Shown here in pieces: positions 55,700-64,000 of a stretch of 64,000 nucleotides of DNA. The stretch lies in contig JAZDKJ010000012.1 in NCBI GenBank assembly GCA_043803105.1, positions 32,001 through 96,000 of the forward strand, written 5' to 3'. Numbering within the stretch: the stretch's first letter is position 1; each line of letters opens with the position of its first letter. A model generated the notes under the pieces. It ran no database searches. It saw nothing but the letters and a program-made list of their open reading frames with translations, and was not told the origin of the DNA. Made by a program: the position numbers and the translations under genes. The DNA is from Candidatus Woesearchaeota archaeon. Its GTDB lineage: Archaea > Nanobdellota > Nanobdellia > Woesearchaeales > JAZDKJ01.

Positions 55700-56596
55700 C
55701 ATCACTATTGCATATCCCACAAAGCATCCAGCGCTTATGAATGGCATCGCAGGATAGAACCTGTCTTTCTTTGCTTTTAATAACAAGAGCAACAAAGCTA
55801 TTGCTGCAAATAAAGGTATTATTAGCGCCTTAAGGAATGCTATTCCAAATCCGTTCTGCAGCATGAATCCTTTCATTACAACCCCTGCAAAGAGCAACGG
55901 GAACCCTATGTCTCCTCCTCCTAGCACAGCGTTTCTTGGCTCTTCTGCTGCTTGTTTTTGTTCTATTTTTTTCCCTATCTTGGGCATTCCTGTTTTTTCT
56001 GCCTTGTATCTGATGAGTAGACCTGCAAAAACCTTTGACTCTGTCTGGAATTTTGCTAGTTTTATCATATGCCCTGATTTCCATACTGCGATAACGTCGT
56101 AAATTGATATTAGGATAAGCAGCATTACTGAGGCAAACACATTCATTATTGGCACAAATATTGCAGCCAAACCACCGTATATGAGCACTTCTGATAAGTT
56201 GTGTATGTATATATTCGGCCTAAAAATCTTGAACACTGCAAGTATTACCGCTATTGCCAACGCAACATATTTGTTGACGAATGCGCCAATGGATATTGTC
56301 AGGCACAGTATGACTGCAAGAAAGAACCACACCTTCCAAAGCCATGGCGTTCTGAATTTTATGAGCAAAAACATAATTATTGTTGCCAGGAGCACTGCGA
56401 TGATTATGTATACAAATGAGCTGCTTTGCTCCACCGGAGGTCTTTCTATGTTGTAAGGCAGCTGGGTGAATGTTATGTTTCCTGTTGCAATGCTTGTCTG
56501 GTGGTCTATATACTGGTTTGTGACAAGTAGCCCCACTATCTGCGCAGCCATGAATATTCCGACTAAAAGCAATGTTATTTTCAGTGTGTGTTTCAT
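55691..56596 (-). CDS. Presenilin/SPP-family intramembrane aspartyl protease
   Basis: SIYDVIAVW (YD), LGGGDI (GxGD), PAMP (PAL). Confidence 0.92.
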   Translation of the reverse strand: MKHTLKITLLLVGIFMAAQIVGLLVTNQYIDHQTSIATGNITFTQLPYNIERPPVEQSSSFVYIIIAVLLATIIMFLLIKFRTPWLWKVWFFLAVILCLTISIGAFVNKYVALAIAVILAVFKIFRPNIYIHNLSEVLIYGGLAAIFVPIMNVFASVMLLILISIYDVIAVWKSGHMIKLAKFQTESKVFAGLLIRYKAEKTGMPKIGKKIEQKQAAEEPRNAVLGGGDIGFPLLFAGVVMKGFMLQNGFGIAFLKALIIPLFAAIALLLLLLKAKKDRFYPAMPFISAGCFVGYAIVMLI

Positions 56597-56690
56597 TGCT
56601 TCACAGCTGAGCCCTTCCTGTTTAAAAATGTTGTTTTTATTCTGCCCTAAACATTTAAATAATCATTCCCTCTTGCACTGGAGAAGGTGA

Positions 56691-57818
56691 TTGATTCTGG
56701 CAAAAAAATATATTGTCACACCGTGGGAAGTCAAGGGAGAGATTGACTATGAGAAGCTCATAAAGGAGTTTGGCACTGAGAAGATTACTCCCCATCTCCT
56801 TGAAAGGATCAAGAAGCATACTGGCGAGCTTCATTACATGCTTCGGCGCAATATCTTTTTTTCCCATCGCGATATGAATTGGATTCTTGACGAGTATGAG
56901 AAGGGCAACAAGTTCTTTCTTTACACAGGAAGGGGCCCCTCTGGAACAACGCATATGGGTCATCTTGTCCCCTGGATATTTACAAAATGGCTCCAGGACA
57001 AGTTTGATGTTGAGCTATGGTTCCAGATGACTGATGACGAAAAATACCTTTTCAAGAAGGACCTTGACCTTGATGAGGCTAACCGCCTAACCTACGATAA
57101 TGCCCTCGATATCATTGCCCTTGGGTTTGACCAGAAAAAGACCCATATCTTTTCTGACATAGATTATGCCAAGACCCTTTACAAGCAGTCTCTAAAGGTT
57201 GCAAAAAAGCTTACCTTCTCCACTGTAAAGGCTGTCTTCGGCTTTGACAATGACAGCAATGTTGGGCAGATCTTTTTCACTTCTGTTCAGAGCGTGCCAG
57301 CCTTCTTGCCCAGTGTGCTCGCAGGAAAAAATATTCCCTGCCTTATCCCTTATGCTATTGATCAGGATCCCCATTTCAGGATCTGTCGTGACATCATGCC
57401 AAAGCTTGGTTACTACAAGCCTGCTGCCATCCATTCAAGGTTCTTGCCACCGCTTACAGGCACAGAGGGAAAGATGTCCTCATCAGAGGCCTCAGGCACT
57501 ATTTTGACAACCGATACTGCCGATGTAGTAAGGACCAAGGTGATGAAATATGCATTCTCTGGCGGCAGGGAAACGATTAAGGAGCACCGCGAAAAAGGTG
57601 GAAATCCTGATGTTGATGTTTCCTATCAATGGCTTAGGCATTTCGAGCCAGATGACTTGAAGCTTGAGAAAATTTACAATGATTACAAGTCAGGTGCGCT
57701 TTTGACTGGTGAATTAAAGCAGATTCTTGTTGACACGCTTAACTCCTTCTTAAAAGAGCACCAAAGGAAGCGCGAGTCAGCAAGGAAGGTTCTTGACAAG
57801 TTTATTCTTAAGGATTAG
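56691..57818 (+). CDS. trpS: Tryptophan--tRNA ligase (archaeal type)
   Basis: VTPWEV, YTGRGPS...HMGH, AIDQDPHFR, KMSSS. Confidence 0.97.
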   Translation: MILAKKYIVTPWEVKGEIDYEKLIKEFGTEKITPHLLERIKKHTGELHYMLRRNIFFSHRDMNWILDEYEKGNKFFLYTGRGPSGTTHMGHLVPWIFTKWLQDKFDVELWFQMTDDEKYLFKKDLDLDEANRLTYDNALDIIALGFDQKKTHIFSDIDYAKTLYKQSLKVAKKLTFSTVKAVFGFDNDSNVGQIFFTSVQSVPAFLPSVLAGKNIPCLIPYAIDQDPHFRICRDIMPKLGYYKPAAIHSRFLPPLTGTEGKMSSSEASGTILTTDTADVVRTKVMKYAFSGGRETIKEHREKGGNPDVDVSYQWLRHFEPDDLKLEKIYNDYKSGALLTGELKQILVDTLNSFLKEHQRKRESARKVLDKFILKD

Positions 57819-57853
57819 AAAAATATATAAAGTGTCAATTCTTTGGATAATCC

Positions 57854-58036
57854 ATGATACCGATAGCTCCGCTCAAAGGCTCTTTTATGATTGCCAGCAT
57901 GCTTGGCTTTTTCATTTCAGCTATTTGGGTTTATGAGATTAATCCTAAGTTTGGCTTTGCCTTCTCTCTGGTTTTCACCCTAATGTTTGTCGCATCTCTT
58001 ATTTCAATGACTTATGCGCCGGTTCCTGATAAGTAG
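57854..58036 (+). CDS. Small two-TM membrane protein
   Basis: APLKGSFMIASMLGF...GFAFSLVF...ASLISMT; TATA-like box about 25 nt upstream. Confidence 0.7.
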   Translation: MIPIAPLKGSFMIASMLGFFISAIWVYEINPKFGFAFSLVFTLMFVASLISMTYAPVPDK

Positions 58037-58037
58037 T

Positions 58038-58412
58038 CTACTTACTCTCGTATTCTTTTATTGCGTTCTGTAGGGCAGTTGCAGCTAATACCGAGCAGTG
58101 TTTCTTCTGTACAGGAACCTCTCCAAGCCTTTCAAGAACATCCTTGTTTGTTATCTTTTTAGCGTCTTCTAATCTCATTCCCTTTACTATGTCACATAAT
58201 ACATCTGATGAGCTTATTGCCGCAACGCAGCCAAAAGTCTTGACCTTTATGTCCTCTATTATCTTTTCCCCTTTTCTCTCCCCTATCTTTATTGTTATTT
58301 CCATTATATCTCCGCAGCGAGGGTTGCCCACTCTCCCTCGGCCATCAGGCTTCTCTATCTCTCCCATATGCCTTGGGTTCCTGAAGTGTTCAAGCACTTT
58401 CTCAGAGTACAT
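58038..58412 (-). CDS. iscU: Fe-S cluster scaffold IscU/NifU-N
   Basis: YSEKVLEHFRNPR, GNPRCGD, TFGCVAA, KHCS. Confidence 0.95.
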   Translation of the reverse strand: MYSEKVLEHFRNPRHMGEIEKPDGRGRVGNPRCGDIMEITIKIGERKGEKIIEDIKVKTFGCVAAISSSDVLCDIVKGMRLEDAKKITNKDVLERLGEVPVQKKHCSVLAATALQNAIKEYESK

Positions 58413-59563
58413 TAGCTCACCTGCAGCGGGCTTATCCGCCTTAATTTTGTTACAGCCTCTTTGACTTTCTCTATTGTGTAATCGATTTCTTGTTCTGTTG
58501 TGTATTTGCTAAGTGTGAATCTTATGGAACCGTGCGCCACCTCATGCCTTAGCCCTATTGCCAAGAGCACATGGCTTGGTGCCAATGATTTTGATGAGCA
58601 CGCAGAGCCTGTTGAGACCTCTATTCCCATGTCATTTAGCATGTAAAGTAATCCTTCTCCTTCTATGAAATTGAATGATATGTTTGCATTGTTGCACAAC
58701 CTCTCTCTCGGCCCGTTAAGTTTTGTGTTTTCTATTGCCAATAATCCGTTGATTAGCTTGTCCCTTAATTTTGCCATCCTTTGGCAGTCTGCTTCGTTTG
58801 CAAGTTCTACAGCCTTTGCGAACCCTACCGCACCCGCAATGTTTTCAGTCCCTGCCCTTAGCCTGAATTCCTGCTCTCCGCCATCAGCCATTCTCTGTAT
58901 TTGTGTTCCTTTTCGTACATACAGCATTCCTATTCCCTTTGGGCCATGTATTTTGTGGCTGCTTGCTGACAAAAGGTCAATGTTCATTTTCTTTACGTCT
59001 ATTGGTACCTTGCAGAATGATTGTACAGCGTCTGTATGAAATATTATCTTGTGCTTTTTGCATATCTTTCCTATTTCCTCTATTGGTTCTATTGTCCCGA
59101 TCTCGTTGTTCGCGTACATTATACTTACTAAGATTGTCCCTTCCTTAATGTTCTTCTCGAGCTCCTTCAGGTCAACAAAACCCTCAGCATCCACATTTAG
59201 GTATGTTACCTCAAATCCTTCCCTTTCTAGTTGCTTGCATGTGTACAAAACCGCATGGTGCTCTATTTTTGTTGTGATTATGTGCCTTCCCTTTTCCTTG
59301 TTTGCGTACGCTACACCCTTTATTGCCAGGTTGTCTGATTCTGTTCCACCGCTTGTGAATATTATCTCCTCAGGCATTGCGTTTATTTTCTGTGCTATTG
59401 TTTTTCTTACATTCTGGAGTGCCTTGCTTGCCTCTTCTCCTATTGAATGCAGTGATGACGCATTGCCATATACCTCTGTGAAGTATGGCATCATTGCCTT
59501 GACCACTTCATGGTCTGTCTTTGTTGTTGCTCCGTTGTCAAGATATACTCTCATTTTAGGCAA
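58412..59563 (-). CDS. iscS: Cysteine desulfurase IscS/NifS
   Basis: YLDNGATT, TSGGTESDN, SHKIHGPKG, STGSACSS. Confidence 0.96.
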   Translation of the reverse strand: MPKMRVYLDNGATTKTDHEVVKAMMPYFTEVYGNASSLHSIGEEASKALQNVRKTIAQKINAMPEEIIFTSGGTESDNLAIKGVAYANKEKGRHIITTKIEHHAVLYTCKQLEREGFEVTYLNVDAEGFVDLKELEKNIKEGTILVSIMYANNEIGTIEPIEEIGKICKKHKIIFHTDAVQSFCKVPIDVKKMNIDLLSASSHKIHGPKGIGMLYVRKGTQIQRMADGGEQEFRLRAGTENIAGAVGFAKAVELANEADCQRMAKLRDKLINGLLAIENTKLNGPRERLCNNANISFNFIEGEGLLYMLNDMGIEVSTGSACSSKSLAPSHVLLAIGLRHEVAHGSIRFTLSKYTTEQEIDYTIEKVKEAVTKLRRISPLQVS

Positions 59564-59913
59564 ATGCAGCAGTCCTTTGGTACCTGCCCGCTTTTCATGT
59601 GTATCCCGCAGACCATCATTTTCACTTCAGTTAGCTTGCATATCCTCTGTGTCTCCTCAAGCACCCCTTTTTTCTCTTCTATGATGTTGCCTGCAGATTT
59701 TTCCACTTCTTTTAGCACTTTTCTGCTGAATACAAGTTGTTTTGCCCTCTTGGACTTTAGGTATTGTGACACTGCCGGCTCTGTTATATGGAGCAATGTA
59801 GCTATCTTCTTCTGGCTGAGCTTGTAATCCTTTAGCATTATCTTTGCAAACTCCCTTCTTATGGCTGGAAGTATGTCCCAGACCTCTATCTCCTGCGGCA
59901 TCTGTTCTTTCAT
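59551..59913 (-). CDS. HTH transcriptional regulator with C-terminal Cys cluster
   Basis: PQEIEVWDILPAIRREFA, TEPAVSQYLKSKRA, VCGIH...CCIC. Confidence 0.85.
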   Translation of the reverse strand: MKEQMPQEIEVWDILPAIRREFAKIMLKDYKLSQKKIATLLHITEPAVSQYLKSKRAKQLVFSRKVLKEVEKSAGNIIEEKKGVLEETQRICKLTEVKMMVCGIHMKSGQVPKDCCICLK

Positions 59914-59946
59914 TAGAATTAACGATTGTTAATTAATATTTAAATC

Positions 59947-60501
59947 TTATCTTTTTTCTGCTTGCGATTCAGAATATAGTGTTGTCCTGTACGGACAATT
60001 GTGGCATTTCTCCTTGAACTCTTTCTTGTCCCTGATGCTCTGCTCGCACAGGTTTACAGGAAATACAAAGTCCTTTACTGGGTTTATCACTATTTCCATC
60101 TTAACTCCAGTCACATTCGGATGCGCCCTTAGGTGATAATTTATCACTCCCTCGAGCGTTACCAAGTCAGGGCTCATGAAGAACAAGCAAAGATTCTCTG
60201 TACCGCTCACGATTAACCCATTAAGGAAGAACGCGCACTTGTCAAAGCTTTTTATCACCTTTTCTGTATCAGTTGTTGTGACATCAACCTTCGCAAGGAA
60301 CAGGTTTACTTTCCTGAAGTTCATTCCTATTATCGTTGATATTATTCCCTTCTGTTTGAGTTTGTGTATCCTCATTCCCACTGATGGTTGTGACAATCCT
60401 ACCGTCTCTGCTATCTCGCTCTGCGAGCTGTTTGAGTCAGCCTCAAGCATCGAAATGATCTTTTGGTCTTTGTCGTCTATTCCAAGTTTCTCGTTTAGCA
60501 T
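59947..60501 (-). CDS. Lrp/AsnC regulator with Cys-rich C-terminus
   Basis: IDDKDQKII...SQSEIAETVGLSQPSVGMRI HTH; C-terminal CHNCPY. Confidence 0.88.
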   Translation of the reverse strand: MLNEKLGIDDKDQKIISMLEADSNSSQSEIAETVGLSQPSVGMRIHKLKQKGIISTIIGMNFRKVNLFLAKVDVTTTDTEKVIKSFDKCAFFLNGLIVSGTENLCLFFMSPDLVTLEGVINYHLRAHPNVTGVKMEIVINPVKDFVFPVNLCEQSIRDKKEFKEKCHNCPYRTTLYSESQAEKR

Positions 60502-60632
60502 ATTAATTATAAGATTTAGGGTTAAGTATAAAAACTTTTCTTATATTAAAGAGACTTTAAGCAATGAATATTTATGAATTATAGTAAATACTCTTATATA
60601 AAAGCCTGATTATTATGACCTATAGTGAGGTG

Positions 60633-60773
60633 ATGAAAATGGTAGAAACAGAAAGACATTGCCAGATAAGCAGGCAAGATTTCAATAGGGTTACAAGTCA
60701 CCTTAGCCATGATGACCCTGTTGATGCAATTGAGCGCGACTTCATGGAAGACGGCCTAAATGTCTGCCGGTGA
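60633..60773 (+). CDS. Small hypothetical protein (46 aa, below ORF-track cutoff)
   Basis: GAGGTG SD, then M(KM)VETERHCQISRQDFNRVTSHLSHDDPVDAIERDFMEDGLNVCR*. Confidence 0.5.
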   Translation: MKMVETERHCQISRQDFNRVTSHLSHDDPVDAIERDFMEDGLNVCR

Positions 60774-60839
60774 AAAAGTATAAATATGAGTGATGAGAAA
60801 AGTTCCACTTCGAGTGGATGCAAAAAGAGGTTGATAGCT

Positions 60840-61091
60840 ATGACAGAAACATGTTGTGTTTGTAACAAGGAGTTAGACAAAAAAGAGGGGATTATTTCCT
60901 CTACTGGTGTTCTTGTATGTTCAGATGACTGTAAGGAAAAGTTCATGAGTGCTTTGCCCAATCATGGTGAAAGCCAGCTTACAGTGTACAGCAGGGTAAC
61001 TGGTTATTACACCCCTGTTTCTTCATGGAACAAAGGCAAAAGACAGGAGTTCCTTGACAGGAGGACTTACTCCTTGAAGGGGGTTGTCTGA
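60840..61091 (+). CDS. Stand-alone NrdD-type glycyl-radical domain protein with Zn finger (copy 1)
   Basis: CCVC...VCSDDC, then YSRVTGYYTPVSSWNKGKRQEFLDR. Alternative start at 60786. Confidence 0.8.
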   Translation: MTETCCVCNKELDKKEGIISSTGVLVCSDDCKEKFMSALPNHGESQLTVYSRVTGYYTPVSSWNKGKRQEFLDRRTYSLKGVV

Positions 61092-61372
61092 TGAAATGTG
61101 CTGTTTGTGCTAAACCCCTTGCACCCAAAGAAGGTCTTGTTAGCAATGTCAACCTAGAAGGAAAAGAGCCTGCTGAAGGTGAACAGCCTGTTGTTGTTTG
61201 TTCTGATTCGTGCAGGTCTGGTTTCGAAAAGTCCCTTAAGATGAAAGGTAAACCAATTGTGCATATGTCTCGCATTACAGGCTACATGCAGATTGTTGAG
61301 AATTGGAACAAGGGCAAGCAGCAGGAGTTCTTTGACAGGAAGCGTTATTCCCTTGCTGAGCTTAAAGAATAA
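61091..61372 (+). CDS. Stand-alone NrdD-type glycyl-radical domain protein with Zn finger (copy 2)
   Basis: CAVC...VCSDSC, then MSRITGYMQIVENWNKGKQQEFFDR. Confidence 0.8.
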   Translation: MKCAVCAKPLAPKEGLVSNVNLEGKEPAEGEQPVVVCSDSCRSGFEKSLKMKGKPIVHMSRITGYMQIVENWNKGKQQEFFDRKRYSLAELKE

Positions 61373-61399
61373 TTTTTTTTATGTTTTTAAAATGGGTCA

Positions 61400-62725
61400 T
61401 CAGAATTCAAGTGTTTTTTTTGCTTTCTCGAACGCTGTTGGCGCTCCGCCTCCGTGCCATGATATTCTGGGTCTGACTCTCATTGGATAGATCCTTTCGT
61501 TGGAGTCATCCAGTATTACCGCAGCTCCAGCCACCCTTGGAAGTTCGTTCAAGAATTTGTCAAGCCCTTCTCTCATATAGCTTTGCATTAGCATTCCTAA
61601 TGCGTCTGTATCTATCTTTGCAGTAACTCTATGGCTCATTATCACGTCTGATTGTGTCATAACGTCCGTATGTATCTTTCCAGGTTGTTGTGACGCCAGT
61701 ATTAGTGATATTCCAGGCTGTCTTCCTTCCCTAAGAATTGTTACCAGTGCGTCAGTTGCTGCTGTTTTTCCATCTTTCGGCAGGAATTCGTGCGCCTCGT
61801 CAACCACCAGCCACACCAAGGGCTCCCTTTTTTTTTCTTCTCTTGCCTCATCTCCAAAATAGTGCATCTGGTGGTGTATCTCGTTGAACTCTTCTGTTCT
61901 TCTCGCTGTCATCCTCTGGTTGAACAGTTTTTTTGCCACTAGGCCAATAGCCAAGGCCTTTATCTGCCAGCCCCTGGCCATTGTTGCATAGCAGCTCAGG
62001 TCAAGGACTACTATCTGCCCTCCCTTTATCAGCTCTTCAAGTGGTGTTCCCTTCTCTGAGAATATTCCCCATTCCTGTGCTGACCAGAACCTGTTTTCTG
62101 CTGCGTCGCGTGTCGCCTTGTCAGCCCTCATATCTCCCTTTATTTCATCGATGATCTCTTTTATCGAGAAGTCTCCCCTTGTCTCCTTCATTTCCAGTAT
62201 AATCCTTTCTATCAATATTCCGATTGGTTCGTTCGCAGTTACATCAAATGTCATGAACCAATCTTCAGGGTCCAGCTCGCTTGGCTTTATCGAGAAAGGG
62301 AAATCTGTTGGTATATCTTTTTCCTTGAACTGCAGGTGGTATTTTGTTGGAGTGTAAATTTGCACATCTATTCCCTCTGCTTTAAGGTCCCACTCCCTTA
62401 GCAATGATTCATCCTTTGCGTTGGCATACTTCATTGTCCAATATATGCCCATGGTGTCCAGGATTATGATGCTCAGGTTTTTCTTTATCTCTTGTGGTAG
62501 CATTGCTATTCCCTCTGCCACAATCCCCATGCTGTACGACTTTCCGCCCCCTCGTTTGCCGCATACGAATATCACATGCGACTTTACTACATCAAGATAT
62601 ATCGGGTTTGATAATGATGTTGTCTGCCCCATTGTTACATAGTGTTTTCCTAGAAGTATTGTTCCTTCTGTGCCAAGCTTCTTTCTGTCCGCCTCATCCC
62701 TTCCGACTATTATGTCATATACCAC
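61400..62725 (-). CDS. HerA/FtsK-like (DUF87) ATPase
   Basis: GKRGGGKSY, VVDEAHEF, LREGRQPGISLILASQQP. Confidence 0.88.
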   Translation of the reverse strand: MVYDIIVGRDEADRKKLGTEGTILLGKHYVTMGQTTSLSNPIYLDVVKSHVIFVCGKRGGGKSYSMGIVAEGIAMLPQEIKKNLSIIILDTMGIYWTMKYANAKDESLLREWDLKAEGIDVQIYTPTKYHLQFKEKDIPTDFPFSIKPSELDPEDWFMTFDVTANEPIGILIERIILEMKETRGDFSIKEIIDEIKGDMRADKATRDAAENRFWSAQEWGIFSEKGTPLEELIKGGQIVVLDLSCYATMARGWQIKALAIGLVAKKLFNQRMTARRTEEFNEIHHQMHYFGDEAREEKKREPLVWLVVDEAHEFLPKDGKTAATDALVTILREGRQPGISLILASQQPGKIHTDVMTQSDVIMSHRVTAKIDTDALGMLMQSYMREGLDKFLNELPRVAGAAVILDDSNERIYPMRVRPRISWHGGGAPTAFEKAKKTLEF

Positions 62726-62820
62726 AATCCTGCCTGCTCTAGGTTACTATTTATATTTTTCCCTTGTTCCAAAACATTTAAATAACAATCACTTTTGATG
62801 CTTGGTGGGGTGATATTTAA

Positions 62821-63762
62821 ATGAAAAAACAGCAGCATAAAAGAGTAGTTTATCATACTCACAAGCAAAAAAAACTTAGCCCATTGGTTATTGGCGTCTC
62901 TGTTCTTGTTATTGCACTTATTCTCTTCTTGGCGATAAAATATATCCCTCGTGTTTCAGATAGTAGTGTTCTTGCCACTGTTAATGGCGACAAGGTCTAT
63001 GCAAAAGAGATTGATGACCTTTACGATAGGCTTCCTGCTCAATATCAGCAGACTATGACAAAGCAGGACCTCCTGAATCAGACTATTGCCCGCAACCTCT
63101 TGCTACAACAGGCAAAGGCACAAAACATTGTTGTTGATGATAAAGAGGTCTATAAAGTGATTGATACCTTGCTCTTGCAGAATAAGATGACCCGTGAACA
63201 GCTGCAAGCCCAGCTTGATATGCAGAATCTCACCTTGAATGACATGGTCGAGGAGTATAGGAAGCAGCTGCAGGTTAACATCTTGCTTAACCGCACTGTC
63301 TATAACAATATCCAATTGTCTGAAGATGAGATTTCCACATTCTATTCCAACAACAAGCAGCTCTTTGACCAGGCCCAGGCAAGCCATATTCTTGTCAACT
63401 CTAGCGCCCTGGCTAATTCCCTGCTTGACCAGATAAAGAACGGTGCAGATTTTGCCCTCCTTGCCAAGACTTATTCACTTGACACCTATTCTGCACAAAA
63501 TGGCGGTGACCTGGGTTTTTTCGTGAGAACCCAGATGGTTCCAGAGTTTGCTGACCCTGTCTTCAATGCAAAGGTTGGTGATCTTTTTGTCGTTCAGACG
63601 CAATTTGGCTATCATGTCGTGAAAGTAACCACAAGACGCATCGCTACACTTGCTGAGGCCTCTGCCCAAATCAAGCAAGCCTTGTTGTCCCAAAGGCAGT
63701 CTGCAGCCTTGCAAGACTATATTAGCACGCTTTGGTCAAAAGCTTCAATAAAAAAATATTAA
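62821..63762 (+). CDS. PrsA/SurA-like membrane-anchored parvulin PPIase
   Basis: TM helix, LATVNGDK, ASHILV, FALLAKTYS, GGDLGFF, TQFGYHVV. Confidence 0.93.
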   Translation: MKKQQHKRVVYHTHKQKKLSPLVIGVSVLVIALILFLAIKYIPRVSDSSVLATVNGDKVYAKEIDDLYDRLPAQYQQTMTKQDLLNQTIARNLLLQQAKAQNIVVDDKEVYKVIDTLLLQNKMTREQLQAQLDMQNLTLNDMVEEYRKQLQVNILLNRTVYNNIQLSEDEISTFYSNNKQLFDQAQASHILVNSSALANSLLDQIKNGADFALLAKTYSLDTYSAQNGGDLGFFVRTQMVPEFADPVFNAKVGDLFVVQTQFGYHVVKVTTRRIATLAEASAQIKQALLSQRQSAALQDYISTLWSKASIKKY

Positions 63763-63768
63763 AAAAAA

Positions 63769-64000
63769 TTAGAAGTCGTTTGCGGTCAGTATCCCTATCC
63801 GCGTCTCTTGTTGCTTCACCTTTGTATCCATTGCTACAATGAATGATATGTTGTTCTTGTCAGCTATCGACACAAGTTCTCTTTCTATTACGCCGTCAAA
63901 GACTATAGCATACACTCCAGAGTTTAGGCTTTTGAGTGTGCTTACAAGCTCTGTTAGTGGCACCTTGCCAAGTATGCTTAGCTTGTTGTCAAGTACATAG
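63769..64000 (-). CDS. dnaG: C-terminal part of archaeal DnaG-like primase (gene starts beyond the window)
   Basis: YVLDNKLSILGKVPLTEL...AIVFDGVIERELV is typical of the archaeal DnaG C-terminus. Confidence 0.75.
   Translation of the reverse strand, partial: YVLDNKLSILGKVPLTELVSTLKSLNSGVYAIVFDGVIERELVSIADKNNISFIVAMDTKVKQQETRIGILTANDF

Noticed and set aside
58665-59827. Long plus-strand ORFs (up to 211 aa) opposite iscS
   Set aside because: Antisense shadows of a well-conserved gene.
61400-62725. HerA-based defence system
   Set aside because: No adjacent nuclease, Sir2 or NurA partner; the neighbours are housekeeping genes.

Overview
Gene-dense archaeal chromosome segment, most consistent with a DPANN (Woesearchaeota-like) genome. 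It has archaeal RPA, RadA, RadB, aIF5A, NAC, Sec61beta and DnaG, the S13-S4-S11-RpoD-tRNA-Leu-L18e-L13-S9-(RpoN) cluster, GyrA, LeuRS, TrpRS, IscS/IscU, RNase P RNA, SRP RNA and three intron-containing tRNAs. The main accessory locus (5.7-12.8 kb) is a tandem array of four surface-protein genes. Each has a class III signal-like N-terminus, a ZU5-like domain ending in an HFSW autoproteolysis-type motif, an InlB-B-like linker and a variable tip. The genes are delimited by five copies of the 3' end of the upstream thpR gene, which also carries a TATA-like box, suggesting a recombination-driven adhesin cassette array. Other notable items: a tRNA-Leu(CAA) split by four BHB introns with a 7-nt anticodon exon; a 91-nt structured T-loop intron in tRNA-His; a mini-element between duplicated tRNA 3' ends; two stand-alone NrdD-type glycyl-radical domain proteins divergent from iscSU; an aIF5A lacking the hypusine lysine; a frameshifted processive GT2 inside a GT-C cluster; and a decayed carB-pyrC relic. 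All assignments come from reading motifs by eye; no database search was run.
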